A stretch of 64,000 bases of DNA from Chiloscyllium plagiosum (lineage: Eukaryota): the NCBI RefSeq assembly GCF_004010195.1, contig NC_057746.1:27476374-27540373 (forward strand). The letters run 5' to 3'. The translations under genes and the position numbers were made by a program. Below the pieces are notes generated by a model. The model saw nothing but the letters and a program-made list of their open reading frames with translations, did no database searches and was not told the origin of the DNA. Of this stretch, positions 26,051 through 38,453 are shown one piece after another. Each line of letters begins with the position of its first letter. The first letter of the stretch is position 1.

Positions 26051-29000
26051 CTGGGAGAAAATAATATATTCAGTGATACAGTTATTTGCAATGCCTTACT
26101 AAAACTCTAGTAATTCAAAGTATCCCACCATCAAGTAAAGTTTCCTTCATTTTAATTATATTCAAGAAAATCTAAGGCATTACCCCTCCTTATCTCTGTA
26201 ATCGCCAGCTTCACGACTCTTCAAAATAAAATGTTTCTCTAATGTTCCTGGACTAGTAATTGAGAATGCCAGGCTAAAGTTGTAGGGACATTAATTTGAA
26301 TCCCACCATGGCTGATTGTGGAATTAGAATTCTGTATGCATCTGGAATTAAAAACGAAGGTAATGGCAACTATTTAAGTACTGTTGATGATTGTAAAAAC
26401 TCATCTGGTCCATTTAAGTCCTTAGGGAAAGAAATCTGCCATCCTTATCTGATCTGGCCTACGTGTGACACCAGACTATGTATTCTGGTTGACTCTTCAC
26501 TGCCTGCCAAAATGGTCTGGCAAGCCCCTCAGTTGAATTAAATTACCACAAAGTCGAACAAAGGAATAAAATTGGATGGACCACACAACATTGACTGAAA
26601 CAGCAACCCTATTCACAACATAAATTCCTCCATACCATCATCTGGATGCTTCTAACAAAATTGGGAAGAGCTGTCCCACAGACAAGCGAAGCAACAGCTT
26701 GTGGACAATGCCAAACAACACCATCATTTCTGGGTATGTCATGTTCCATTTGAAGGACAGACCTATCAGAGGTAGCAGAATAGTGGCATAAAGCTGAGAA
26801 GCAGTTGATGTAGGAATCCTTAACATTGGTTCTGGAATTCAAGACATGTGATGACATCAGGTCAAACATGAGCAAGGAAACCTCCTGCTAATTAACACCT
26901 CTCAACAAACCTTCCTGCACGCCACTCCCTCCAAGCCCTTGACTGATGATTAGTTATCATCTTCAGGAAATCCATCTACATGTTATATGGAACTGCCATC
27001 GTCTAAATAAGACTAACCTCAAACAAATCCAGCAATTCAAAACTGGGCACTCAGGAGGTGATATGGACTATCAGCCACAGAACATTTGTATTTAACCAAA
27101 ATCTATAACCTAAAGGCTTGGTATACCCTCCATTGCATCCTACCATCAGCTCAAGAGATCAAACCTATCACATTGAGGAGTGTAGGAGGATATGCTTGGA
27201 CCAGGTATACCCAAAATGAGTTGTTAAACCGGTGAAGCTACTACACGATACTATTTGCATAACAAACCACAGGAGCAGCTTGGAATAAACAGCACTAAGC
27301 GGTTCCTACAACCAAGAGATCAGAGGTAAGCTCTGAACTCCGGCTGTAACCAGACATTCGTATGTATCATCTACAAGGTGCATTGCAGAAACTAGCAGTG
27401 ACGCACATCCTATAAACAATTTTTAAAAATCTTCCCACCATTGGTGGTCATGTCTTCTACTACCTGAGATCGATGTCCTGGAAATATCTTCACAAACCAG
27501 CCTCTCCACATCTAACACATTCTTAAAACCTCCCTCCTTGACTAAACCTTGCTTGTATCCCTTAACATTGTCCTTTGATTCTTGATTTCAAATTTAGCAC
27601 AATTAGGCTGCAATGAAGAATCTTGGGATATTAGAGGAGCTGTGTACAAATTGTTCTTTGATTCTGGGTCAAGAAGGTGGGGAGGTGGCTGCAGATTCTG
27701 ATTCCTTGTGCTGTGCAGAGCAAAGACTCAAAAGGAAGAGGTTTTACATAGTGGGGTAACATGCTACAGAGCTATTAAATTCTCTACCTTTATCTTTCAG
27801 AATGCTGACAAATTATCCATCAAGTTGAATTAGGATTAGCTCCGAACATCATAACAATGAGCCAGATCAGACAAGGAAAGGAAGCAAATCATACAATCTG
27901 GATCTCACTACCTCTTGGGATGTCCTATATGTGCTGAAAGGTCAGTGGATTGAGAATTGATCTATTCAATCACATGAGGATCCATTGGAAGAAACTTACA
28001 ATCCAAGTAGACATAATCCTCAATTTGGGGTAGCTGATGATTTATACACAGGATGTAAAGCTCTGATCTCTGACAGCTCCCATTTATGCAGCCAGTGCGG
28101 CATGTACAACATCAAACCAGAAGCATTTCTCCAATGCCTCCTGATGGTTCTCAGTTTTGTATCCATTCTGATCCTAGCCTTTCAATCTCCTATTCTGTCA
28201 ATTTTGCTGGCAGTATTATTATGACATATTTTGGGAAAGGAATTTGGAAGTCTACATACATAACACTAGCCTCACAACTGTCATCATCAACCTTCTGCAT
28301 TTTATACATAAATACTCTGTCACAACTTCACTGTATACTCATGTCAAGAGTTTTGCAAGGTTTGAATGGAAAAAACTGGAATCCTTTTACCTGGGTGAAT
28401 GCTCCCTATCATTTCTTTCCACACAATATACTGTAGAGGCCCTTTGAATCTTCCCAGTGAAATTGAGGCAGGTATCACTGAATCTTCAATATTCTGGGAT
28501 TCGATCCTGTGAACATAAAATATTCAGTGTTAACCTCTGTAGAGTTTTGATGTTACTGAATGAAATTAAATGGAAAGGCAGAGAATACATACCCTTTGTC
28601 CTTTGAAACCTCATCTTGAAATAAGAGAGAATCAGAGGTCTAAGAGGATAATCAAAGGTTAGTGACACAGCTAACATGTTACCAATCAGTATTCTGTCTC
28701 AGATCAGTCAAGAATAAATGAGTGTAGTGTAACAATTCGTAATAGAACATTTCTATTTGACACTGCTTCATGTTGTATATTTTCAAGGATAACATTGAAA
28801 TGAGGTAGTTGTTATTCCTTAATGAGAATTTGTTATTTCTATTAATAATGCATTGCCATATTTTAATGCTATGATTTTGAGACAGTTTTTTCTCACAACA
28901 TCAGGCAAAACAAAGAATTGGCTTAGTTAAATGTGTTGGAGACAGAAATTTTTAAAAGTTAAACCTGGTGTCCAACTATGGGTGACATGGTGATTCAGTG

Positions 29001-32000
29001 GTTAGTATTGCTGCCTCACAGTGCCAGGGACCTGGTTTGATTCAAGCCTTGGTCGACTGTCTTTGTGAAGTTTCCGTGTCTGTGTGGGTTTCCTCTGGGT
29101 GCTCTAGTTTCTTCCCACAATTCAAAGATGTGCAGGTTAGGTGAATTGGTCATGCTAAATTGCCCATCGTGTTCATGGATGTGTGGATTAGGTGCATTAG
29201 TCAGGGGTAAATGTAGAGTAATAGGATTGAGGAATGGGTCTGTGTGGGTTACTCTTCAGAGGATCGGTGTGGTCTTAAGAGTCATAGAGATGTACAGCAT
29301 GGAAACAGACCTTTGGTCCAACTTGTCCATGCCGACCAGATATCCCAGCCTAATCTAGTCCCATTTGCCAGCACTTGGCCTATACCCTTCTAAACCCTTC
29401 CTATTCATATACCCATTCAGATGCCTTTTAAATGTTGCTATTGTACCAGCCTCCTCCAATTCCATACATACACTACCCTCTGCATGAAAGAGTTGCCCCT
29501 TAGTTCCCTTTTATATCTTCCCCTCCCACCCTAGACCTATGCCCTCTATTTCTGGACTCCCCCACCCAACGGAAAAGACTTTGTCTATTAACCTTATTCA
29601 TCTCCCTCATGATTATATAAACGTCTATAAGGTCAACCCTCAGCCTTGAACGCTCCAGGGAAAACAGCCCCAGCCTGGTCAGCCTTTGCTACAGCTCAAA
29701 TCGTCCTACCCTGGCAACATCCTTGTAAATCTTTTCTGAACCCTTTCAAGTTTCACAACATCCTTCCGATAGGAAGGAAACCAGAATTGCACGCAATATT
29801 CCAGAAGTGGCCTAACCAATTTCTGTAAAGCTGCAACATGACCTCTCAACTCCTATACTCAATACTCTGACCAATAAAGGAAAGCATACCAAATGCCTTC
29901 TGCGCTATCCTATCTACTTGCGACTATACTTTGAAGGAGCTATGAACCTGCACTCCAAGGTTCAGCAACACTCCCGAGGACCTTACCACGGTGGCACAGT
30001 GGTTAGCACTGCTGCCTCACAACTTGTTGGGCCGAAGGGCCTGTTTCTACACTGTAAGTAATCTAATCTAAAAAAAAAGGTGTATCAGAAGAAAAGTGAG
30101 GACTGCAGGTGCTGGAGACCAGAGTTGAAAAATGTGGTGCTGGAAAAACACAGAATTCCTGAAGAAGGGCTTATGCCCGAAACATCGATTCTCCTGCTCC
30201 TCGGATGCTGCCTGGCCTGCTGTGTTTTTCCAGCCCCACATTTTTCAACATTAGGTGTATCAGTCCTGATCTGATTTGCTTTTCCAAAATGCAGCATCTC
30301 ACATTATGGCCTGTTTCCACACTTTAGGAGTTATATGATTCTATAATCTCTTCTGCTGTTTAGTAGATGCTTACAAGTTGCTACCGGATATTATTACCAG
30401 CATGCTTCTGTTAATGCTGGATTTCAGTTCTTAGTGATTTGACATGAAGATTTTCCTGACGAGCTGAGTTTCTCCAGCATTCTCAATGTTTCTTTTGGAC
30501 AACATCAGCATACAAAAGAAAAATCATTCTTAACTAATTTACAGGCCTCATCTATGCCTTCATTACCTCTAAACCTAAATGTTCCTAATATATTGCTAGC
30601 TGACTCTAACTTCCATAAACTTGCAAGTTTTTCAAAACTCCATTTCTTTTGTCCTAATAGGTACCAAGTGCCTTTTTAATACCATTCCTGGGCTCACAGA
30701 CTTGCATAGTACAGCAATGTATCAATTTAAAAATTTCCAGCCTTGATTTCAAATCTTTCCAAGGCCTTACACTCCTGTAACTGAATCCTCAGTCCCACAC
30801 TCTTCAAACCATACGTTCTTTTTTTAAAATTCTGACTAGTTCATTAACCCTGATTTTACTCACCCCATTAGGGGTGATGATGCTTTCAGTTGACTTGATC
30901 CTAAATGCTAGATCTCTCTGACTAAACTTTTTTGTCATATCTAACTTTCTTCATTGAGGATTCTGCTTAAATACTATTTCATTGTCCAAACCTTTAATTA
31001 TATATTCTGGTATCTCCTTACATGGCTGAATCTCACATCTTCATTTACAATGCCAATTTGAAATGTTTTAGGGGTATCTTGTTACTAAAGTGTTTTGAAA
31101 ATATAGACCGTGTTGCCTACAGTGACTGCATCTTTGAGAGAGCCAGGGCCTTAATTTAATCTAGTAAAATGGAAGATGCTGGTAATACTTAGCAAGTCAG
31201 GCAGCAACTGTAGTGATGAACAAAGAGAATGTTTCAATGACTCTTCATCAGAGACACTTAGTTTCATCGCTTTCAGCATAAATGGCCACAAATCCTGAAG
31301 GTAGCAGGACAAGGTGATTCAGAAGATATATCTGTTATCTTTCCTTTATTACAAAGTTATTAGAAATCAGGTCAAGGAGGAACTGCAGTGTTGGAAACAA
31401 TTGTAAGTGAGATTAAACTTGAGTACTGTGTTTAGTTCTGGTCATCTCCTTCCAGAAAAGATTTTAAATCACCAGAGATGGTACAAAGGAAATTTACAAG
31501 GATGGTGCCAGGACTGAAAAAAATAGTACCTATGGGGAAACATTTGACAGGTTGTAGTGATTTTCTTTGGAATAAAGGTAAGCTGAGGGGCACCTTAATT
31601 GACGTGTGAGGGGCCTCAATGTAGTGAATGGGAAGGACCTTTTGACCAGGACAGAGAGAAAGGGAAATGAAGGTGACCCTTACAGAGGTTTATAAAATCA
31701 TGAGGGCATAGATAAGGTGAATAGCCAAAGGTCTTTTTGCTAGGGTGGGGGAATTCAAAGCTAGGTGCATGTTTTTTAAGATGAGTAGAGAAAAATTTAA
31801 AAATTACATGAGAGACAACATTTTTTTAATAGAGAGTGGTTTCTATGTGGATAGAACTGCCAGAGCAACTGGTGGATGCTCGTACAGTTACATCATTTAA
31901 TAGCCATTTGGATAAGTACATGAATAGGAGAAGTTTGGAAGGATTTGGGCCAAATGCAGGGAAGTTGTACGAGTTTGGTTTGGGAGCGCGGTCGGTGTGG

Positions 32001-33539
32001 ACTAGTTGGGCCAAAGACTCTGTTTCCATGCTGTATGACTCAACGACAAAGATCAGGTGGCATAGATTTGAAATGATTGGTAGAGATTGGAAAGGAGATA
32101 GACAAGAAGCAATGAAAACGGGAGTAGACTGCGTGGCTCTTCGACATTTCTCAAGTCCAGTTTCCTGCAATTTCCTGTAAGCATTGGTTCTCGCACTGAA
32201 GTTCTAAGGGAGAAAGGATGTTGTTAGTTCAGATTAAGTGATCAGAATGGCAGAACAAAGGAGTGTCTAACTGCCAGACTGGAAAGGACACACAGTCCCA
32301 GTCGGGAGGGGGAGGGGAGACAAGGTGACAGAGAATGTAACAGGTAAAGCTATAAGAAAGGGAAGGAATGGGTTCACAATCTGAAGGTGCTGAACTCAAT
32401 ATTGAGGCCAGAAGATTGGAAAGTGCCTAGTTTGAAGATGGGGTGTCGCTCCTCCAGTTTGCGTTAAGATGGGCTCTTGAAAATGTCAACTTTTGAAGCG
32501 TGGGTTTCCTTCAGTGAAACCACTCCTTACCGTCAGAAACCTGAGCGAGTCACGTTCCTTAATCTGATCCTGTAACTTTGATAGTTCTTCTTCAACGCTA
32601 CTTAACTCCTGTCTGATTGCACTGAGTTTTTTCCCCATGATTTGCAGAACCCTCTCCTCTTCTTCCCTGAGATCTCGGAGTAAACGCTGCTCTTTCTCAG
32701 TGAGAATCCGGTGCATTTTAGCGAACTCGGATGTGATGTGGGTCTGCAGACCGCTCGCCTGCTCCTACGGAATAAAAGGTGAAGCGTCATTAACGTTTCG
32801 CGATCAAGAGCAAGCGGAGTCCAGAAAATCTGCTCAGGGTCGAGCCCGAAACGTCGATTTCGAAGCTCCCTTGGATGCTGCCTGAACGGGTGTGCTCTTC
32901 CAGCACCACTAATCCAGAATCCCTCACCTTAAAGTCAGACAAGAGCTGCTTCTGCCGCCGTTCGGTGTCCTGAACTGCGTCTTTTCTACGGGTCACCGAT
33001 TCTAAACGTGGTTTCAGTTGATCCTAGAACGAAGAGTCAAATTGGAAAATTAGAGCTTTGGACAACAACAACAAAAATAGAAAATGAGGCAAAAATACCC
33101 GAAGTGAAACCCTCCAGGTATCTGTTTTTGTTTCTACCTTGTACATCTCCGCAGCCTCGTCTATCGGTAGGAACTCATGAGATTTGTGCTCCCGCGAATC
33201 CCTGCAAATGAAGCAGATCAATGTCTTGTCGGTTTCACAGAACAGCTTCAGTTCTTCCCGATGTTTCCCGCAGTGAAGTTTCTGCTTCGACTCCAGTTTT
33301 AAATTACGAGCTTTCTCGGCCAGATTTCCTAAGGCCCAGCTGGCTCTGAGCTTTCTATCCGGAAACTCCTGTCTGCATTCCGGGCAGGAGTTTATCTCCT
33401 TCTTTTTCCAACTCTGGATGATACAGGAGCGGCAGAAGTTGTGCCCACAATCCAGTGAGACCGGATCGGTGAAGAAATCCAGACAAATGGCACAAATCGC
33501 CTCCTCGGTCCAATTTTCAGCCTTCCTTCTGTCAGCCAT
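25500..33539 (-). CDS. TRIM E3 ligase, RING-Bbox-coiled coil-PRY/SPRY (TRIM39/A33-like), ~481 aa, 6 coding exons
   Basis: Exons 33539-33138, 33023-32928, 32764-32531, 28639-28593, 28506-28391, 26050-25500 are all GT-AG and phase-consistent, totalling 1446 nt. The 96/234/116-nt exon sizes are typical of class IV TRIMs. Confidence 0.88.
28391..28506 (-). CDS. TRIM exon 5 (116 nt)
   Basis: ttcacag|G ATC GAA...CAC CCA G|gtaaaa; LGRFKGPLQYIVWKEMIGSIHP. Confidence 0.9.
28593..28639 (-). CDS. TRIM exon 4 (47 nt predicted; family-typical 23-nt core 28593-28615)
   Basis: CACTAAC branch point, ctcttag acceptor, TSDSLLFQDEVSKDK, donor GG|gtatgt. Confidence 0.6.
28980..30072. mobile_element. nested HE1 SINE (+), CR1 3' fragment (-, ~29278-29988) and SINE remnants
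   Basis: SINE A/B boxes at 28989-29045. The CR1 3' UTR and ORF2 C-terminus are on the minus strand. Confidence 0.8.
32531..32764 (-). CDS. TRIM exon 3 (234 nt, coiled coil)
   Basis: ccgtag|GAG CAG...CTG ACG|gtaagg; EQASGLQTHITSEFAKMHRILTEKEQRLLRDLREEEE. Confidence 0.9.
32928..33023 (-). CDS. TRIM exon 2 (96 nt, coiled coil)
   Basis: ttctag|GAT CAA CTG AAA...TTT AAG|gtgagg; DQLKPRLESVTRRKDAVQDTERRQKQLLSDFK. Confidence 0.88.
33138..33539 (-). CDS. TRIM exon 1: C3HC4 RING + B-box
   Basis: CAICLDFFTDPVSLDCGHNFCRSCI..CPEC; CGKHREELKLFCETDKTLICFICRDSREHKSH; donor AAG|GTAGA. Confidence 0.93.
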
Positions 33540-33560
33540 TTCATCGACCTATGTATTCCT

Positions 33561-33575
33561 ATTGGTTTCACTTTC
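33561..33575 (-). promoter_or_regulatory. ISRE (GAAAGTGAAACC) overlapping CCAAT, ~25 nt upstream of TRIM ATG
   Basis: Plus-strand GGTTTCACTTTC at 33564-33575 fits the ISRE consensus. A second ISRE-like GGTTTCGCTTTT lies at 33749-33760. Confidence 0.6.
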
Positions 33576-34056
33576 ATTATTCGGAATGACTGTCTAAACA
33601 TGGGCCGGCTCTTAGCCTCCGGGGTGGGGCAGAGGAGGAGGAGGAAGGAAAACTATCAACACCCTGGAGAAGAAGCGATCCACCACCCCGGCCCCCGCCC
33701 CCACCCAGGAGAAGTACATGAAAAGCAAAAGACATTCGGCGAGAAGCAGGTTTCGCTTTTTGGTCGATGACTTATTATCAGAAATCAGTTTCTCCTCCCC
33801 ACAGATGCCGCCAGTTTCCAGCATTTTCACAGAATCCCTGCAGTGTGAAGCAGGCCACTGGGTCCATCGCATCCACGCTGACCCAGTCCCCTCTCTATCG
33901 CTACACCTAACCCTCACATTTTGTGACACTAATAGATGGCTTATTCAGCTCACCTGCACATCTAAGGGAGGAAACCAGAGCCCAATCAGGCTGAGAATGT
34001 GAAAACTCTATACAGGTGAGGCAAGTTGCCCCAGGGTGGAATCGAACCCAGGTTCT

Positions 34057-35765
34057 TAGAACATCGAACATTACAGCGCAGTACATGCCCTTCAGCCCTC
34101 GATGTTGTGCTGACCTGTAGAAACATTCTGAAGCCTATCTATCCTACACTATTCCATTTTCATCCATATGTTTATCCAATGACCATTTAAATGCCCTTAA
34201 CTTTGGCAAGTTTGCTACTGTTTTAGGCAGGGCATTCCACATGCTTACTACACTCTGAGTAAAGAAACTACCGCTGACGCCTGTCCTATATCTATCACCC
34301 CTAAATTTAAAGCTATGCCCCCTTATGCTCGTCATCACCATCCAAGGAAAAAGGTTCTCACTATCCACCCTATCTAATCCTCTGATTATTTTATATGTCT
34401 CAATTAAGTCATATCTCAACCTTCTTCTCTCTAATGAAAACAGTCTCAGGTCCCTCAGTGTTTCCTCATAAGACCTTCCCTCCATACCAGGCAACATCCT
34501 AGTAAATCTCCTCTGAACCCTTTCCAAAGCTTCCACATCCTTCCTATAATGCGGTAGCCAGAACTGTATGCAATACTCCAAGTGCGGCTACACCAGAATT
34601 TTGTACAGATTAGATTAGATTAGATTAGATTAGATTAGATTACTTACAGTGTGGAAACAGGCCCTTCAGCCCAACAAGTCCACACTGACCCGTCGAGGCG
34701 CAACCCACCCAGACCTAGCCCCTACATTTACCCCTGTACCTAACACTACGGGCAATTTAGCATGGCCAATTCACCTAAACCTGCACATGTTTGGACTGTG
34801 GGAGGAAACCGGAGCACCCGGAGGAAACCCATGTAGACACAGGGAGAATGTGCAACTCCTGTATGGCTGAAACATGACCTAGTGGCTCTGAAACAATCCC
34901 TCTACCAATAAAAGCTAACACACTGTATGTCTTCTTAACAACCCTATCAACCTGGGTGGCAACTTCCAGTGATCTACTTATATGGGCCCCGAAATGTCTC
35001 TGCTCATCTACTCTGTCAAGAATCTTACCATTAGCTCAGTACTCTTTATTCCTGTTGTTCCTTCCAAATTAAATCACCTCATATGTTTCCACTTTAAACT
35101 CCAGTTGCCACCTCTCAATCCAGCTCTGCAGCTTATCTGTGTTTCTCTGTAACCTGCAACACCCTTCGGCATTGTCCACAACTCCACGGACCCTAGTGTC
35201 ATCTGCAAATTTACTAACCCATCCTTCTACGCCCTCATCTAGGTCACTTAGAAAAATGACAAACAGCAGTAGCCCAAAATCAATCTTTGCAGTGCACTAC
35301 TAGTAACTGAACTCCAGGATGAACATTTCCCATCATCCACCATCCTTTGTCTTCTTTCCATATATGAACTCCAGGATGAACATTTCCCATTATCCACAAC
35401 CCTCTGTCTTCTTTCCATAACTGAACTCCAGGATGAACATTTCCCATCAACCACCACCCTATGTCTTCTTTCAGCTAGCTAATTTCTGATTCAAACTGCT
35501 AAATCACCCTCAATCTCATGCCTCCATATTTTCAGCATTAACCTACCAAGGGGAACCTTATCAAATACCTTACTGAAATCCATATACACCACATCAACTG
35601 CTTTACCCTCATCCACCTATTTGGTCACCTTTTCAAAGAACTCAATAAGGTTTGTGAGGCACAACCTATCCTCCACAAAACTGTGCTGACTAAGCCTAAT
35701 CAACTTATTCCTTTCTAGATGATTATAAATCCTATCTCTTATAACCTTTTCCAATACTTTACCCA
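34057..35765 (-). mobile_element. CR1-like LINE 3' part interrupted by an HE1 SINE (~34608-34860, (TTAGA)n tail)
   Basis: ORF 34144-34581 EYCIQFWLPHYRKDVEALERVQRRFTRMLPG; YMDFSKVFDKVP near 35560. Confidence 0.9.
35308..35470. repeat. 57-bp tandem triplication inside CR1 RT
   Basis: Units start at 35308, 35365 and 35422 (TGAACTCCAGGATGAACATTTCCCA...). Confidence 0.85.
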
Positions 35766-37898
35766 CTGAGGGATGATCTGACTGAAACTTACAGAATACT
35801 GATCAGCCTGGATAGAGTTATCATTGGGAAAATGTTTGCATTGGCTCAGGAGTCTAGGACCCAAGGGCACAGCCTTAGAGTAAAGGGAAGATAAGGAGAA
35901 ACCTTTTCAGCCAGAGAGTGGTGAATCTATGGAATTCATTGCCACAGAGGGCTGTGAAGGCCAGGTCACTGAATATATTTAAAGCAGAGATGGATAAGTT
36001 CTTGAATGCCAAAGGGAACAAAGCTTACAGGGAGAAAGCGGGAAAATGGGGTTACGAAACTTATTGAATGGCTCAAACATGATTGAATGGTGGAGCAGAC
36101 TCAATGGGCTGAATGACCTAATTTCTGCTGCTATGTCTTCTGGTCTTATGATTGGAATTCAGGGGTGGGGTGGGGGCACCTATTCAGTGATGAAGAGGAC
36201 TGTAATGTATTCGATGAGAGTTTATTAAACTTGAAGAATGCACAAAAAATTAACAAATGAAGTTTGACATGTTAAATGAGATATAAATATCTAAATATAG
36301 CAGCAGATGTAGGCCATTCAGCCCTTCAAATCTGTTCTGCCATTCAGTATGACTGCAGTTGATCATCCAACTGATCTAATGAAAATCTTTATAATTCTGA
36401 GAGGTTTAATGGAGTGTAATTCAACTTGCTGGAGACAGCAAGACTATAGACTATCAACATAAGATTCTAAGACATCATTTAAGGGGAAATCAGTCAGTCT
36501 TATGTAAGAGAGGGAACTGTAATTTACAACTGCTCCAGTCTCTCTTCATAAATCAATCCTACCTTTCCAGGAATCTGTTCTGGTAAACTTTTGTTGCACT
36601 CCCTCTGTAGCCAGAACATCCTTCCACAGACAAGGAGACCAAAACTGCACACAATACTCCCAAGTGTCATCCCGCCAAGCTCTTTAATAATTGCATCAAG
36701 ACTTCCCTGCTCCTGTACTTAATCATTCTGCACTCAGTGTAGAATTTTGTTTTGGTAGTAAGTATAGGGAAAAGAGCAAATCTAGATGGAGAAATAACAG
36801 GAAATGCAAGTAAATATACACCAATCACTAAAGTTTGCACCTGAAATTAACAAGTTAATATAAAAAACAACAAACAGAGTTTAATTTCCATAAAGAATGC
36901 AACTGAAAATTAAAGATTTTCTGCTCAATCTATGTTCAAAATTGGTTGGATCACACTTGGAATAATATATGCAGTTCTGGTTGACATATTGCACAAGATA
37001 TTGCTACTTTGGAGAAGTTGTGAGAAAGATTTACCAGGATACCAGAGAAGTGTAGATATCCTTATTCAGAAAGGATTGACAGCCTGATAGAATGGATACA
37101 GAGATGATTCAATTTGTTGGAGAGAGCAAAACTACAGACCATCAAAATAAGACACTAAGGCATAATTTAAAGGTAAATTTAAAAGTAAACAAGAGAAAGG
37201 AATGGAAAGTTACAATGATAGTTTGAGATGAGAATTATGAGTGTAGGCTTGTTTGAAGTATAAATGGTGGCAGCTACTGGTCATATCAAATGCAGGGTCT
37301 TTAAGAAGAATAATAAATAAAGAAAGTGATGTAGAAAGAGTGACATAAAGGAACTTAAGAAATTACGTAGCTAGGCAATTGAAGACACACCACTGTTAAG
37401 TGTTAAGAATGATGAAAATTATAGATGCTCAAGTGACCAGAAGTATAAGTGCAGCTAACTCACATGATTGTGACATTAAGATGTTATCTTAACTTGGAAC
37501 TTATGTAGCACAGGAATGATATCTGAAAGAAATTTAGTGCAAGAGAGGATATAGATGACAGAGTTTTGGAATACCTGTAAATTTTACAAAGGTAGAAAGT
37601 GCAGTTTGACTTAGAGTGCAGAGAGGAATGCCCCATCTTCAGTGTTATGTACATACAGCTTAGGGAATGTCACAGAGAATTGTCACATACCATAACTTTG
37701 TCTTCTATATATAAATATTGCAAGTAGAATGGGCCTGTAACATTTTCAATCCCTGCTAGCTTCAGAGCTGATTTCATCTCAGACCGGAACTGTCCCCACA
37801 ATGAACCATCATCAAGTTATTGTAGAAGGAGTATTTAACATTACAGAGTTTGATAAAATCATAGTGAGACACGAAATTTATTTTAATTTTTCTTCCAT

Positions 37899-38453
37899 CT
37901 CCAACCTTTTTTACTCTGGATCTGAGCACAGCACATCTCTGGCTCATCCTGTCTGAGGACTGGACCAGTGTGAGGCTTGGAAACATACAACACTTACTCT
38001 CGAATATTGTGGAGTGGTTTGACCACCTTCCATGTATCCCGGGATCAAGAGTGTTCATGTCAGGGAGGCATTACTGGGAGGTGATGGTGGGGGATAAGAT
38101 TGAATGGGGTTTGGGAGTGGTCTGAGAGTCAGTCAATAGGAAAGGGGAAATTGATACAAAACCTGAGACTGGATACTGAACTGTGTGTCTCTTTCGCAAT
38201 AGTGACTTTAGCTGGCACAACCCCCTCATGGATACCCCTCACTTTGAGCATGAAACCCTGGAATATCAGGGTCTTCATGCACTGTGAGGTTGGACAGGTG
38301 TCATTTTACAATGTGGGCATTATGTCGCATCTCCACACTTTCACCCACACTTTCACTGAGAGAATCTTTCCCTTCTTTGATACAGGATGGAATTTTGGCA
38401 AGAGAAACTCAGGACCACTCACAATTCTCTGGGTTAAAGGTCATGAACAGTGA
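37899..38453 (+). pseudogene. B30.2 (PRY-SPRY) pseudo-exon of a TRIM-type gene
   Basis: FTLDLSTAHLWLILSEDWTSVRLG..SGRHYWEVMVG..KGEIDTKPETGY. The acceptor reads CAT, there are TGA stops at 38123 and 38177, and a frameshift near 38210. Confidence 0.9.
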
